Assembly: GCA_964426385.1 (NCBI GenBank)
Contig: CAYRQF010000003.1
Span: forward strand, 22,938-86,937
Direction of reading: 5' to 3'
Length of the DNA stretch: 64,000 bases
Source: an uncultured Candidatus Saccharibacteria bacterium
Lineage (GTDB): Bacteria > Patescibacteriota > Minisyncoccia > Phycocordibacterales > CSBR16-119
In this document: piece after piece, positions 40,974 to 50,963 of the stretch
Numbering within the stretch: the stretch's first letter is position 1
How the letters are laid out: every line of letters begins with the position of its first letter
Notes under the pieces: model-generated
The model's database searches: none
What the model was told of the DNA's origin: nothing
What the model saw: only the letters and a program-made list of their open reading frames with translations
Translations under genes and position numbers: made by a program

Positions 40974-41960
40974 ATGGAAAAAAGACATCCAGAATATCAA
41001 TACTTAGATCTTCTCCAGGAAATCATGGACGGAGGATTCGAGAAACAAGTGTTCGGCACTGATAAATCTGTGAAGTCAGTGTTCGGTCGGATGATGAGAT
41101 ATGATCTGTCCAAAGATTTTCCACTACTTACAACGAAGAAAGTTTTCTGGAAGGGTATCGTGCATGAACTCATCTGGTTTTTGAAGGGCGATACAAATAT
41201 TAAATACCTAGCCGATAGAGGCGTGCACATCTGGGATGACTGGCCATACAAAGACTATAAGCTTGCTGTGGAGAAGGGCGAGGCACCTGCTATGACTCAG
41301 GAGGAATTTATTAACAAGATCAAAGAGGGGGCGGTAGACAGCGAGTTCGTCAAAAAGTGGGGAGAGCTCGGTCCGGTCTATGGACGCCAGTGGCGTAAAT
41401 GGCCGGCCGCAGATGGGCGTATCATCGACCAGCTTTATTGGGCTATCGAGAAGACCAAGAAGTACCCCGACAGGAAACACGTCGTGGTGTCCGCCTGGAA
41501 CCCAGAGTACATATACGAGATGGCGAAGCCTGGCACATCGATGGCTATACCGCCATGTCATACACTGTTCAATATCAATGTGACGAACGGCCGGCTCTCG
41601 CTCGCGCTATATCAACGCAGTGCAGATATGTTTCTCGGCGTACCATTTAACATCGCGAGTTATTCGCTCCTAACAGTTATCCTGGCGCAGGTGACAGGAT
41701 ATCAACCTGGAGAGTTCGTGCATTTCCTGGGCGATACCCATATCTATAGTGACCACTATGAACAGGTCAAAGAACAGCTCTCGCGCGAGCCTCGTCCATT
41801 CCCAAAGGTTCGTATAAACCCAGAAAAGAAAAATATTGATGACTTCGTCTTCGAAGATTTTGAGCTCCTAGACTATGATCCGAACGAGTCTATCAAGGCT
41901 GACATCACAGTTGTGGGAGGATTCAACGAGAAAGATCGAGATAGTTTCACCAAGAAGTAG
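40974..41960 (+). CDS. thyA: Thymidylate synthase
   Basis: PLLTTKK, PPCH, YQRSADMFLGVPFNIASY. Confidence 0.98.
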   Translation: MEKRHPEYQYLDLLQEIMDGGFEKQVFGTDKSVKSVFGRMMRYDLSKDFPLLTTKKVFWKGIVHELIWFLKGDTNIKYLADRGVHIWDDWPYKDYKLAVEKGEAPAMTQEEFINKIKEGAVDSEFVKKWGELGPVYGRQWRKWPAADGRIIDQLYWAIEKTKKYPDRKHVVVSAWNPEYIYEMAKPGTSMAIPPCHTLFNINVTNGRLSLALYQRSADMFLGVPFNIASYSLLTVILAQVTGYQPGEFVHFLGDTHIYSDHYEQVKEQLSREPRPFPKVRINPEKKNIDDFVFEDFELLDYDPNESIKADITVVGGFNEKDRDSFTKK

Positions 41961-42020
41961 TTCTCGGGTATCTTTACAGACTGCTTTCATGGGTGTAGTG
42001 TCTCCTCAAACCCTACGCCC

Positions 42021-42191
42021 ATGTACAACATCATTCCGAAGATAGCCATGGTGATACGGAACTCGATCGCAGGATTCTTTGCATTTTTGGTCATTACATC
42101 CGCGTGTAACTTGATGTACCAAAAGGCAGAGCTTGTTGCGGGAGAGATCCTTGCCGAAGCTCACCGGCGAGTAAGTCGGTCCGGTCTTTGA
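42021..42191 (+). CDS. 56 aa orphan protein with hydrophobic segment (not in the ORF track)
   Basis: MYNIIPKIAMVIRNSIAGFFAFLVITSACNLMYQKAELVAGEILAEAHRRVSRSGL; promoter TTTACA-17-TAGTGT. Confidence 0.5.
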   Translation: MYNIIPKIAMVIRNSIAGFFAFLVITSACNLMYQKAELVAGEILAEAHRRVSRSGL

Positions 42192-42235
42192 CAGCGGAGC
42201 TTCTCCGATGTAACCTCGAAACAAACTCGACACCT

Positions 42236-42421
42236 ATGAGCGCAACTATGAACGTTCCGGCCAGCGGTGGTGGACCACCAGATATTGACGAGTACTACAG
42301 GGGAGGAGATGACGACCACGACAAGGATGATGGGCCTCAGAATAAACCACCTAGCCCTTTCAAACTCTGGCTAGTCGCCGCAGCTCTCTGTATTATCGCA
42401 CTGCTCAAGGCTTGTTCTTAG
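42236..42421 (+). CDS. 61 aa tail-anchored orphan protein
   Basis: Acidic/Pro-rich N-terminus and C-terminal hydrophobic helix; A/C-rich leader; terminator follows. Confidence 0.55.
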   Translation: MSATMNVPASGGGPPDIDEYYRGGDDDHDKDDGPQNKPPSPFKLWLVAAALCIIALLKACS

Positions 42422-42511
42422 CGGATGAGCCTAGCATGATGCCCAGCCTCTCGGATTATCTCCGAAGGGCTGGGCATTTTCGTTTCATGCTTTTCCTGTT
42501 AAAATGCCTGC

Positions 42512-43774
42512 ATGTCCAAGAGCTATATAGAACAACAAGACCCCGAAGTCTTCGCAGCTATCGAGGGCGAGGAGAAGCGCGAATTCGAGGGACTCGAGCT
42601 CATACCGTCCGAGAACTATGTGTCGCTCGCTGTTCGCGAGGCGAATGGCTCGGTTTTCACCAACAAATACTCAGAGGGTTACCCGGGACGCCGCTACTAT
42701 GGCGGACAGGAGTTCACTGACGTCGTCGAGAATCTCGCTATCGAGCGTGCTTGTAAACTTTTCAACTGCAAATTTGCGAACGTTCAGCCACTATCCGGTG
42801 CTCCGGCGAACATGGCAGTATATGCGGCACTACTTGAGCCTGGCGACACAGTGCTAGGGATGGATCTGTCGCACGGGGGACACCTCACACACGGGCACCC
42901 GGTGACATTCCCGGCGAAAGTTTTCCGATTCATTCGTTACAAAATGAAAGATATCGAAACAGGAGAGATCGATTATGATGAGCTCCGCGAAACGGCACTA
43001 CGAGAGAGGCCGAAAATAATTCTCGCCGGATTTTCTGCGTATCCTCGGAATCTCGACTACAAGAAATTCGTCGACATTGCTCGAGAAGTCGGCGCCATCA
43101 CCGTCGCTGATATGGCGCATATCGCTGGACTCATCGCCGGGGGAGCGCTAGAGAACCCATTTGACGCAGGGTTTGATGTTATCACGACTACTACTCACAA
43201 AACTCTCCGAGGTCCACGTGGAGGGATGATACTCGTCCGAGAAAGTGAGGAGATCATCCAGAAAATCAACAAAGCCATTTTCCCAGGTCTACAGGGCGGT
43301 CCACATATGAATGTCATCGCCGCCAAAGCTGTCGCCTTCGGCGAGGCTTTGAAGCCATCGTTTGCAGAGTACGCCAAGCAGATATTACTCAATGCGAAAG
43401 CTATGGAGGCAGTATTTGCCCGTGAGAACGTCCGCATGATCACAGGCGGAACGAGCAATCACCTAATCCTCGCTGATGTTTTCGGCTCGCTCGGGGTAAC
43501 AGGCAAGGAGGCTCAGACCGTGCTCGATGAGGTGGGTATTACACTCAACATGAACGCCATCGCAGACGATGTGCGTAAGCCTATGGATCCGTCGGGTATC
43601 AGATTCGGCACGCCCGCGATAACAACTCGAGGATTCAAGGAAACAGAATGCGCGCGTGTTGCGGAGATCATGATCGAAGTCCTAAGGAATAAAGATAACG
43701 CTGATATGAAGGCTAAAGCCAAGTCAGAAATCAAATCCCTCGCCGCTAAATTCCCGATACCTGAGACTTTCTAA
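42512..43774 (+). CDS. glyA: Serine hydroxymethyltransferase
   Basis: LIPSENY, YSEGYPGRRYYGG, TTTHKTLRGPRGG. Confidence 0.98.
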   Translation: MSKSYIEQQDPEVFAAIEGEEKREFEGLELIPSENYVSLAVREANGSVFTNKYSEGYPGRRYYGGQEFTDVVENLAIERACKLFNCKFANVQPLSGAPANMAVYAALLEPGDTVLGMDLSHGGHLTHGHPVTFPAKVFRFIRYKMKDIETGEIDYDELRETALRERPKIILAGFSAYPRNLDYKKFVDIAREVGAITVADMAHIAGLIAGGALENPFDAGFDVITTTTHKTLRGPRGGMILVRESEEIIQKINKAIFPGLQGGPHMNVIAAKAVAFGEALKPSFAEYAKQILLNAKAMEAVFARENVRMITGGTSNHLILADVFGSLGVTGKEAQTVLDEVGITLNMNAIADDVRKPMDPSGIRFGTPAITTRGFKETECARVAEIMIEVLRNKDNADMKAKAKSEIKSLAAKFPIPETF

Positions 43775-43858
43775 GAACTCTTGCCAAAGCGCCGAATTGG
43801 CGTAATATCCATACTTGGCAACGCTGTTTTTTCGTTCACAACAAAACAACATAGAATC

Positions 43859-44827
43859 ATGGAAACGCCACTGTCAAAGCACATCAAAGCTGTCCATCAA
43901 GGAGCTGCATGGTTTCGAGCTGCGTTCTGGAACCAACATCCCGAGCTCGCTATAATTACGGGTACTTCGGGACCAAAATCCCTAAGCAAACATTTCGAGC
44001 CGGACTCTGTTGAGCTCGATCTGCCTGCCGACATCTTTCCTCAGCCTAGGACAGAAGGTCATGAGCACAGGGTGCAATTCGGCAGCATCCGAGGCGTCAA
44101 GGTCATCGTGATCAAAGGTCGAGCTCACTTCTGGGAAGAAGAGAACGACCCCTATCGCCCTGCCGTCATGGCAAGAGCTCTCGGACTCTGGGGGGTCAAT
44201 AACCTCGCTTTGACCAATGCGGCAGGGGGTCTTGATCTCAGTCTGAGGCCGGGAACGATCTGTGTGGTTGCAGATCATAACTCCAAGCACATGGGGCATA
44301 GCCCGCTCCGCGGTCGGCACGAGGATATGCCCGAAACATTCGGTCTGCCTCACGCGCCGATGAATCCGGTGTACGACCGCAAATTCAACAAACTGGCTGC
44401 TCAGGTGGAATACACCAGCGGCACAGTTGTCGAAAATGCGCGCTATGTCATGGTGCCAGGGCCAGAGTTTGAGACTGCCATGGAAGCAGATGAGCTAAAG
44501 GCACTTGGCGCCAACATCGTCGGCATGTCTTCTATTCCGGAGGCTATGGTGTGGCGAGCAATGGCCAATGCCTGCATAGATGGTAAGCTCGTGAAGCGGC
44601 CAATGCGCGTCATGCTTCTGTCTCTGGTTACCAACCGTGTACCGAACCAACTGCTGACAGACGAGAGTGCTGTTACTCACGAGAGTGTTCAGGAATTCGT
44701 CGCCAAAAAAGATGAGGCCTTCGCTGGGTACCTGGCAGGAGTTATCGAAATGGTCGGCAAGGATCTACGTGGAGAGATCAAAAGCTCACCTGAGAAACGT
44801 CTTCGGGTCTCTCGATTGGGACGGTGA
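43859..44827 (+). CDS. Purine nucleoside phosphorylase (trimeric PNP family), divergent
   Basis: GRAHFWE, TNAAGGL, GPEFET, VGMSSIPE, SLVTN; own promoter TTGCCA-16-TAATAT. Confidence 0.88.
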   Translation: METPLSKHIKAVHQGAAWFRAAFWNQHPELAIITGTSGPKSLSKHFEPDSVELDLPADIFPQPRTEGHEHRVQFGSIRGVKVIVIKGRAHFWEEENDPYRPAVMARALGLWGVNNLALTNAAGGLDLSLRPGTICVVADHNSKHMGHSPLRGRHEDMPETFGLPHAPMNPVYDRKFNKLAAQVEYTSGTVVENARYVMVPGPEFETAMEADELKALGANIVGMSSIPEAMVWRAMANACIDGKLVKRPMRVMLLSLVTNRVPNQLLTDESAVTHESVQEFVAKKDEAFAGYLAGVIEMVGKDLRGEIKSSPEKRLRVSRLGR

Positions 44828-44937
44828 TGAGCATGTGCCTCACGGGTATGTGTGTGAACTAAGGGGAAAGGGGGCCTCGGCCCCCTTTTTCATTTCATGC
44901 TAAAATGGGTTTACAGTTATCAGTTAATACAATATTT

Positions 44938-45303
44938 ATGGAAATAATATATTTGCTCGGACGCATACTTTTGGGAGGGTACTTCATCTACAACGGCTAC
45001 AATCATTTCGCGAACTTGGACAATCTCACTGGCTACGCCAAGTCTAAAAAAGTCCCCATGGCCAAAGAGGGTGTTGTCGTGACAGGTCTGATGATGATCA
45101 TCGGTGGAGCGACTATCCTCACTGGACTCAGTATGACTATCGGTCTATGGATACTAGTAGCATTCCTCATCGTTACGAGTTTCATGATGCATCAGTTCTG
45201 GAAGATGACTGACCCGATGGCACGTATGGGCGAGGAGATCAACTTTACTAAAAATATCGCACTTGCTGGAGCACTCCTCCTCATCCTTGCGATGAAAATG
45301 TAA
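44938..45303 (+). CDS. DoxX family membrane protein
   Basis: LGRILLGGYF...HQFW...FTKNIALAG. Confidence 0.9.
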   Translation: MEIIYLLGRILLGGYFIYNGYNHFANLDNLTGYAKSKKVPMAKEGVVVTGLMMIIGGATILTGLSMTIGLWILVAFLIVTSFMMHQFWKMTDPMARMGEEINFTKNIALAGALLLILAMKM

Positions 45304-45307
45304 TTTA

Positions 45308-45425
45308 TCCCGTTAGAGATGTTTTTGTTTAAAGATATTTCAGAGGGTCAATAATTACTGAAAGTTATTTTACTAGAGGAATTAACCAAGATACGCATAT
45401 TAATAATTTGCTATCTCTAATGGGA
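45308..45425. repeat. 118 bp element with terminal inverted repeats, copy 2
   Basis: TCCCGTTAGAGAT ... ATCTCTAATGGGA; the last A is the A of the next ATG. Confidence 0.85.
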
Positions 45426-45748
45426 TGGATCTAGCTCAGAAAAAATGCATTCCGTGTGAGGTGGGCGGTATGCCTCTCTCGGCAGAGAGATTGGAAACGC
45501 TTAGACCTCACGTACCTCTATGGGAGATAGAAGGGAATAAGTCTATTTCTCGTGAATTTGAATTCAAAGACTTTGTTGAAAACATGGCTTTTGTGAATAG
45601 GGTAGCGGAACTTGCCGAATCCGAAGGTCATCATCCGGATATGAATATCCATGATTGGAATAAGCTCACGATCAAGCTTAGTACTCACGCTATCGGGGGA
45701 CTGTCAGAGAATGACTTTATTTTGGCTTCAAAAATCGATACTCTGTAG
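45425..45748 (+). CDS. Pterin-4a-carbinolamine dehydratase family protein
   Basis: CIPCE, AESEGHHPD, STHAIGGLSENDFILA. Confidence 0.93.
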   Translation: MDLAQKKCIPCEVGGMPLSAERLETLRPHVPLWEIEGNKSISREFEFKDFVENMAFVNRVAELAESEGHHPDMNIHDWNKLTIKLSTHAIGGLSENDFILASKIDTL

Positions 45749-45823
45749 TTGACGAATCGCTAAAGTTGTAGTATGTTCTAGCTGAACAATTCCGTTCTCT
45801 AACGTTCCAAAACCACTAGCTTC

Positions 45824-46258
45824 ATGCACAGCGTCGTACGAACCCCTTCAGTTTTTTTTGCTGACCCTCTACCGATGGTCGCGCTACAGCGTCTTACCTT
45901 GGATGTCACATCGGCCGAGCACGTCGTCCGATGCGCCCAAGGGGGAACTGGTACTCTTTTCTGCGAGGATGCGCAAGGTCAAACCTTCAGTTTATCCTTG
46001 CGGACAAGCATCAAGCCGAGCAGCTTGTGCCCGTTACTGCAAGAGTTTCTTCGCCGCCAAGGCGTCGATCTCTACAAGCAGGGGTCAGTGATCTTCATCA
46101 CCTTCGCTCACTACAGCGATGGGCGACCCACTGATTCACCTTTCTATCTCGTCTTCTTCGGACAGGACGAAAGCCGTGTCGTCCAATTCGTCGAGATCAG
46201 TCGCGAAGAAGTTTCGCTGGCAGTACACCTCGAGAGGGGTCAAGCGTTTGCAGCCTGA
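45824..46258 (+). CDS. Orphan hypothetical protein (144 aa)
   Basis: Promoter TTGACG-17-TATGTT (45749-45777), A/C-rich leader, terminator at 46278-46308. Confidence 0.55.
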   Translation: MHSVVRTPSVFFADPLPMVALQRLTLDVTSAEHVVRCAQGGTGTLFCEDAQGQTFSLSLRTSIKPSSLCPLLQEFLRRQGVDLYKQGSVIFITFAHYSDGRPTDSPFYLVFFGQDESRVVQFVEISREEVSLAVHLERGQAFAA

Positions 46259-46318
46259 GAACTGGCTGCTTTGGAACGGAAAAAGCCCGGCGGGAGCCGG
46301 GCTTTTCCATTTCTAAAT

Positions 46319-47029
46319 CTATTTCGTTACCGCTTTGAACTCGAGAGTGAACTCATCGTTGATGACGTTGTCTCCAAGGTCAGTGAAGAATTTACCAGAG
46401 CCGAATTTTACATCATAGACAGTTCGGTCAATTGTCGCAGTTCCTGATATTGTCGCGACGCCGTTTAGTGTCGTCACTTCGATAGGGAACGATTCACTGT
46501 TCGTTTTACCTTTGATGGTGAGGTCGCCGGTTACGAGGTAAGTATTGTCAGATTCTTTTGCTGCACTTTTGATAACAAACTTTGCCTCAGGGAAAGCCGT
46601 GGCATCGAAGAAGTCTGGGGATTTTAGGTGCCCCGCCATTTTTGATGTTGTGTCCGCGTCATCTCCTTTGCCTGTTGATGTTGTGGCGATGCTCGTCATA
46701 TCAAACACTACCTCTCCGCCAATTAGCATGCCTGATGCGAATACCGCAGTACCACTTTTGATATTGAGCGTACCTTTATCGTAATAATCCTTGATGAGAG
46801 TCTTGGACCCAGTCCATGTCGCCTCGCTCTTTGTGGTATCAAGGTCTTTGCTTCCATTAAACGATGAGTCAACACCACCGTTCGCATCTGGGTTGGAAGG
46901 CATTTCGTCACCAGTTCCTGCTGTTGGCACATTTTCATCAACTACTATTGGACTATCAGCCTTGTTAGTTAGCATGAGTATGCCACCCACTATCACTACT
47001 CCTCCTAAAAATATCGCTAAACTTCGCAT
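46319..47029 (-). CDS. YceI-family lipid/polyisoprenoid-binding protein
   Basis: HLKSPDFFD..FPEAKF, GDLTIKG, IDRTVYDVKFGS. Confidence 0.92.
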   Translation of the reverse strand: MRSLAIFLGGVVIVGGILMLTNKADSPIVVDENVPTAGTGDEMPSNPDANGGVDSSFNGSKDLDTTKSEATWTGSKTLIKDYYDKGTLNIKSGTAVFASGMLIGGEVVFDMTSIATTSTGKGDDADTTSKMAGHLKSPDFFDATAFPEAKFVIKSAAKESDNTYLVTGDLTIKGKTNSESFPIEVTTLNGVATISGTATIDRTVYDVKFGSGKFFTDLGDNVINDEFTLEFKAVTK

Positions 47030-47096
47030 ATCTTGTATTTGTTACTGATAACAGGGGTATTTTATCATAACTACTAGGATGTGATAAAATAGGCCT

Positions 47097-47627
47097 ATGG
47101 AGACAATATATCTGGCCGGTGGATGCTTTTGGTGCACCGACGCCGTGTTTCGGGCTCTTCATGGCGTTATGCTGGTCACTCCGGGTTATATCGGGGGACA
47201 CACCAATAATCCGACCTATAGTCAGGTCTGCACCGGAGATACCGGTCACGCGGAGGCAGTCAAGATCGAATACGATCCAAATATTCTACCCACAGAAAGA
47301 TTGCTTAGAGTTTTTTTTGATACTCATGATCCAACGACGCTCGATCGGCAAGGAGCCGATGTCGGTAGTCAGTATCGCTCGGCGATATTTTATACCGATC
47401 ATCATCAGCGTGAGATTGCTGAGAGGGTGATTATGGAATATAGCGAGAGGTTACCTGCGGGTAAAAGTGTTGTGACCGAGGTCGTGCAGGCCGATGAGTT
47501 TTACCAAGCTGAGGACTATCACCATGATTACTATCAGCAGAACAAGGACAAGATGTATTGCCAACTCGTCATTACTCCCAAATTACAAAAATTAAAAAAA
47601 GAACACGATGACATACTCAACAAATAA
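47097..47627 (+). CDS. msrA: Peptide methionine sulfoxide reductase A
   Basis: AGGCFWC, TGHAE, QYRSAIF, AEDYH. Confidence 0.97.
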   Translation: METIYLAGGCFWCTDAVFRALHGVMLVTPGYIGGHTNNPTYSQVCTGDTGHAEAVKIEYDPNILPTERLLRVFFDTHDPTTLDRQGADVGSQYRSAIFYTDHHQREIAERVIMEYSERLPAGKSVVTEVVQADEFYQAEDYHHDYYQQNKDKMYCQLVITPKLQKLKKEHDDILNK

Positions 47628-48864
47628 AAAAGTTATCAAATGGATACTCTTGATACTAGGTCTTCTAATGGTTCTTTTTATTGGTTACAAATATTATGGT
47701 GGGGAGATACTGGGGAAGGTCGGCGTATTAGAGGACGAGACCCTTGTCCCAAGCATCAAGTTCAACCAAAAGGCCTCTATTTTCAATCAAGATGTCTCAG
47801 TGCTTGCTCTCGGTGTTGATAAAGTCGGGTATTACCTCAGACTTTCTCCAAATGAAAGATATATGATGTGGGGAGGACTCACCGATAATCCGGATGAGTC
47901 AGTCAATAAATTCTTCGTGACAGATCTCATAAATGACGAGACGTGGCAAATACCTGGAATGCCGATCAATACATGGGATACGGACAATCTCCTCATCACT
48001 GTGACAGAGACAGGTATCGTACTAAACGATCTCGAGAAGCGAACATCAGAAGAAGTTAGCGAGAAGGAAATATTTTTCTCTGGCAGTGTCTCGCCTGACG
48101 GCAAGAAGTTCGCCTACAATACCAAAAAGGGTATAAGAGTTCTCGATCTCGTGACCAAAAGAATCGATGCCGTCTCCGCTAAACAGTATGATGGAGCATA
48201 CGCTTGGTTCTCTGACTCAGTCCGGATACTCGGATACAAGGAAAACCCAAAGGATAACCTCTTCGAGGCGGGTAAAGGGAGACTTCTGGCTGTATGGGAT
48301 AGGCAGACAAAACTTGCCGACACAGATCTCGGGATAGAAATGCCTAGCTCTTCACTAAGAAGTATCAAATGGATTATCCCGGACCAGGTCGCTCTAGTAA
48401 ATGCCGGATATGATGACGGGTCTTTTGACTATATTGTCGATATATCGAACAAGTCTGTAACTGATCTAGGTGAAACATCAGGCATGCTTATGGGCGGAGT
48501 GAAGCTTGATGAGGATTTAAGTCTTATCGGTATGGTGGGTGAGGAAATCGATGGTCCGGGAGAGCTATCGCCACTTAATGTCGCTAAAATCCTCGACAAA
48601 ACCGGCGCTACGATTCATCGAAAGGGGTTTGATGATAATTATCGTCGTGAATATATAAATATTGTCGATAGCAATAAGGTGTTGTATCTCAGGAAGGGTG
48701 AGGGGGCTTCAGGTACGACCGAGGTTATCCTTCTCGATTTCCGAAGTGGAGCAGAGAAAGTTCTGGCAACACTCACGGACAATACCAATAGCCTGATCCT
48801 CTCAAAAGATAAAAAATACTGGATCGTTCCAAGTAATGGCATGATAATGGTGGAACCCCTCTAA
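47608..48864 (+). CDS. Membrane-anchored beta-propeller (TolB-like) protein
   Basis: N-terminal TM; SPNERY, SPDGKK, SKDKKY repeats. Confidence 0.7.
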   Translation: MTYSTNKKVIKWILLILGLLMVLFIGYKYYGGEILGKVGVLEDETLVPSIKFNQKASIFNQDVSVLALGVDKVGYYLRLSPNERYMMWGGLTDNPDESVNKFFVTDLINDETWQIPGMPINTWDTDNLLITVTETGIVLNDLEKRTSEEVSEKEIFFSGSVSPDGKKFAYNTKKGIRVLDLVTKRIDAVSAKQYDGAYAWFSDSVRILGYKENPKDNLFEAGKGRLLAVWDRQTKLADTDLGIEMPSSSLRSIKWIIPDQVALVNAGYDDGSFDYIVDISNKSVTDLGETSGMLMGGVKLDEDLSLIGMVGEEIDGPGELSPLNVAKILDKTGATIHRKGFDDNYRREYINIVDSNKVLYLRKGEGASGTTEVILLDFRSGAEKVLATLTDNTNSLILSKDKKYWIVPSNGMIMVEPL

Positions 48865-48868
48865 ACAT

Positions 48869-50563
48869 ATGGACATAAGGACGACGATAAAGAATCTCAT
48901 AAAGGAAGCGTTAGATGACCTCGATATTGAAGTAGGGGATATTTTGCTCGATCACCCGACGGAGCTCGGTCACGGCGATTATTCGACTAACGTTGCTATG
49001 TCACTCGCCAAAGCGCTGAAATCTTCACCAAAAGATTTGGCCGAGAAAATTGCGTCCAATATAGACAAACATGAATATATCGAATCAGTAAATGTTGCCG
49101 GGGCAGGTTTCATCAACTTTCATCTATCTCGTAAGTTCTTTGAAGAGTGTGTGCTAGGGATAGATTTTGAATTTGGCAAAACTGATATTCATGATGGGGA
49201 AACTATTCTCGTCGAGCACTCTAGTCCTAACTTGTTCAAGCCTTTTCATGTGGGTCACGTGATGAACAACACCATCGGTGAATCTATCGCGCGCCTTGCG
49301 GAATACTCTGGAGCTAATATCATCAAAGTATCATATCCGTCAGATGTCTCCCTCGGCATCGGCAAGTCCGTCTGGGCTCTACTAGAGCACGGAGTCGCTG
49401 AGCTAGAGGAGAAGTACTCTCTGTCCGAGAAGCTCGCATTTCTCGGCGAGTGTTATGTCGAAGGCACGAAAGCATACGAAGAAAATCCAACCATTGTGCG
49501 CCGGATCAAAGACATCACTGACATCATATACAAGAAAACTCCGAGTCCGGAGTACGATGCGTATCTGCTCGGCAAGGACATAACCCTCCAGTATTTCCAG
49601 GACATCACGGCGAGACTCGGATCAGAGTTCAATGAGTATATATTCGAGTCCGAGGCAGGCGAGGTTGGAAGAAAGCTCGTACTTGAAAATATCGGTAAGC
49701 CTACCCAGCCAGGAATATTCGAGGAATCTGAGGGTGCGATAGTTTATAAGGGCGAGGCTGAAGGACTCCACACCCGTGTATTTATTAACCAAGAAAACTA
49801 TCCAACATACGAGGCCAAAGATATCGGACTCTTGTGGCTCAAATTTGAACGTTACAATCCAGACATTTCAATACTCGTGACCGACAGGGAGCAGAAGAAT
49901 TACTATGAGGTGGTTCTGACTGCCGCGGGAAAAATAGAAAAAGCTTGGCAGGATAGGACTATCCACAAGACTCACGGAAGAATGTCCTTCAAGGGCCAGA
50001 AGATGTCGAGCCGTCTCGGTGGCGTGCCGATAGCAGCGGATATCCTCGACACTGTTGCTGAGGAGCTTAAGGGTAGAATGAAAGAAGAAAGCGACACCGA
50101 TAAGCTAGACTCGATAGCTATATCAGCGCTCAAGTTCACCATTCTCAAAACCATGGCTGGCAAAGACATCAACTTCGACCCTGAGACGTCGCTGTCATTC
50201 GAGGGTGACTCCGGGCCATATCTCCAGTACACTAACGCGCGTATCAACTCAGTTCTCGAGAAAGCGAGAGACCTCGATATAAGAGATGGTAAGGGCGAGG
50301 ATAGACTCACAACCGATGTCGAGAAGTTGCTCTATAGATTCCCCGAAGTTGTGGAGCTCGCTATTAACGAATGGGCACCGCATCATATCGCGGGATATCT
50401 CATCCTGCTCGCTCAGAGTTTCAACTCTTGGTATGGAAACACGAAACTTATTGACGAGGGGAATCCAAACATGGCTTACAATCTCCTCATCGCCAAAGCC
50501 GTTAGTCAGACTATCCAAAACGGACTATATCTCCTAGGTATCAAATCTCCAGAGAGGATGTAA
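48869..50563 (+). CDS. argS: Arginine--tRNA ligase
   Basis: GDYSTN, SSPNLFKPFHVGH, KMSSR, GDSGPYLQY, C-terminal PERM. Confidence 0.98.
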   Translation: MDIRTTIKNLIKEALDDLDIEVGDILLDHPTELGHGDYSTNVAMSLAKALKSSPKDLAEKIASNIDKHEYIESVNVAGAGFINFHLSRKFFEECVLGIDFEFGKTDIHDGETILVEHSSPNLFKPFHVGHVMNNTIGESIARLAEYSGANIIKVSYPSDVSLGIGKSVWALLEHGVAELEEKYSLSEKLAFLGECYVEGTKAYEENPTIVRRIKDITDIIYKKTPSPEYDAYLLGKDITLQYFQDITARLGSEFNEYIFESEAGEVGRKLVLENIGKPTQPGIFEESEGAIVYKGEAEGLHTRVFINQENYPTYEAKDIGLLWLKFERYNPDISILVTDREQKNYYEVVLTAAGKIEKAWQDRTIHKTHGRMSFKGQKMSSRLGGVPIAADILDTVAEELKGRMKEESDTDKLDSIAISALKFTILKTMAGKDINFDPETSLSFEGDSGPYLQYTNARINSVLEKARDLDIRDGKGEDRLTTDVEKLLYRFPEVVELAINEWAPHHIAGYLILLAQSFNSWYGNTKLIDEGNPNMAYNLLIAKAVSQTIQNGLYLLGIKSPERM

Positions 50564-50603
50564 AACACTCAGGAGCCCGTGAGGGCTCCTAGTAGTCGTG
50601 CTT

Positions 50604-50876
50604 TCATCTGCCATCCTTGAGGGTGGCCTCGATCAATTGATCGATGGTTTCAGGTACGTCCATCCAGCGACGATATTCACGCATGAAGCGGAGTCGGATT
50701 CGCTTCATCATGCTTTCTTCGCGCAGTTTCGCCACTAACTCTTGGCCAGTTGATCGCAATTTGTTATCAACGATGAACCTATCGATAGTGGATCTCATGA
50801 CCCATTTTCTCCTGAAACAGAACGGGTCCAGGAGACGGCTTCTGGTTCTGCAGAGCCAGTGAGGTTTTGTCGCCAT
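50604..50876 (-). CDS. 90 aa basic orphan protein
   Basis: Promoter TTGTGA-17-TATAAG on the minus strand, leader AAACTTGAACCACC-ATG, shared hairpin near 50570. Confidence 0.55.
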   Translation of the reverse strand: MATKPHWLCRTRSRLLDPFCFRRKWVMRSTIDRFIVDNKLRSTGQELVAKLREESMMKRIRLRFMREYRRWMDVPETIDQLIEATLKDGR

Positions 50877-50963
50877 GGTGGTTCAAGTTTGTAATACTTA
50901 TAACCCGAATCATGTTATTTCACAATCTTTTTCAAACACCTTTTTTGTGCTAAATTTAGCCTT

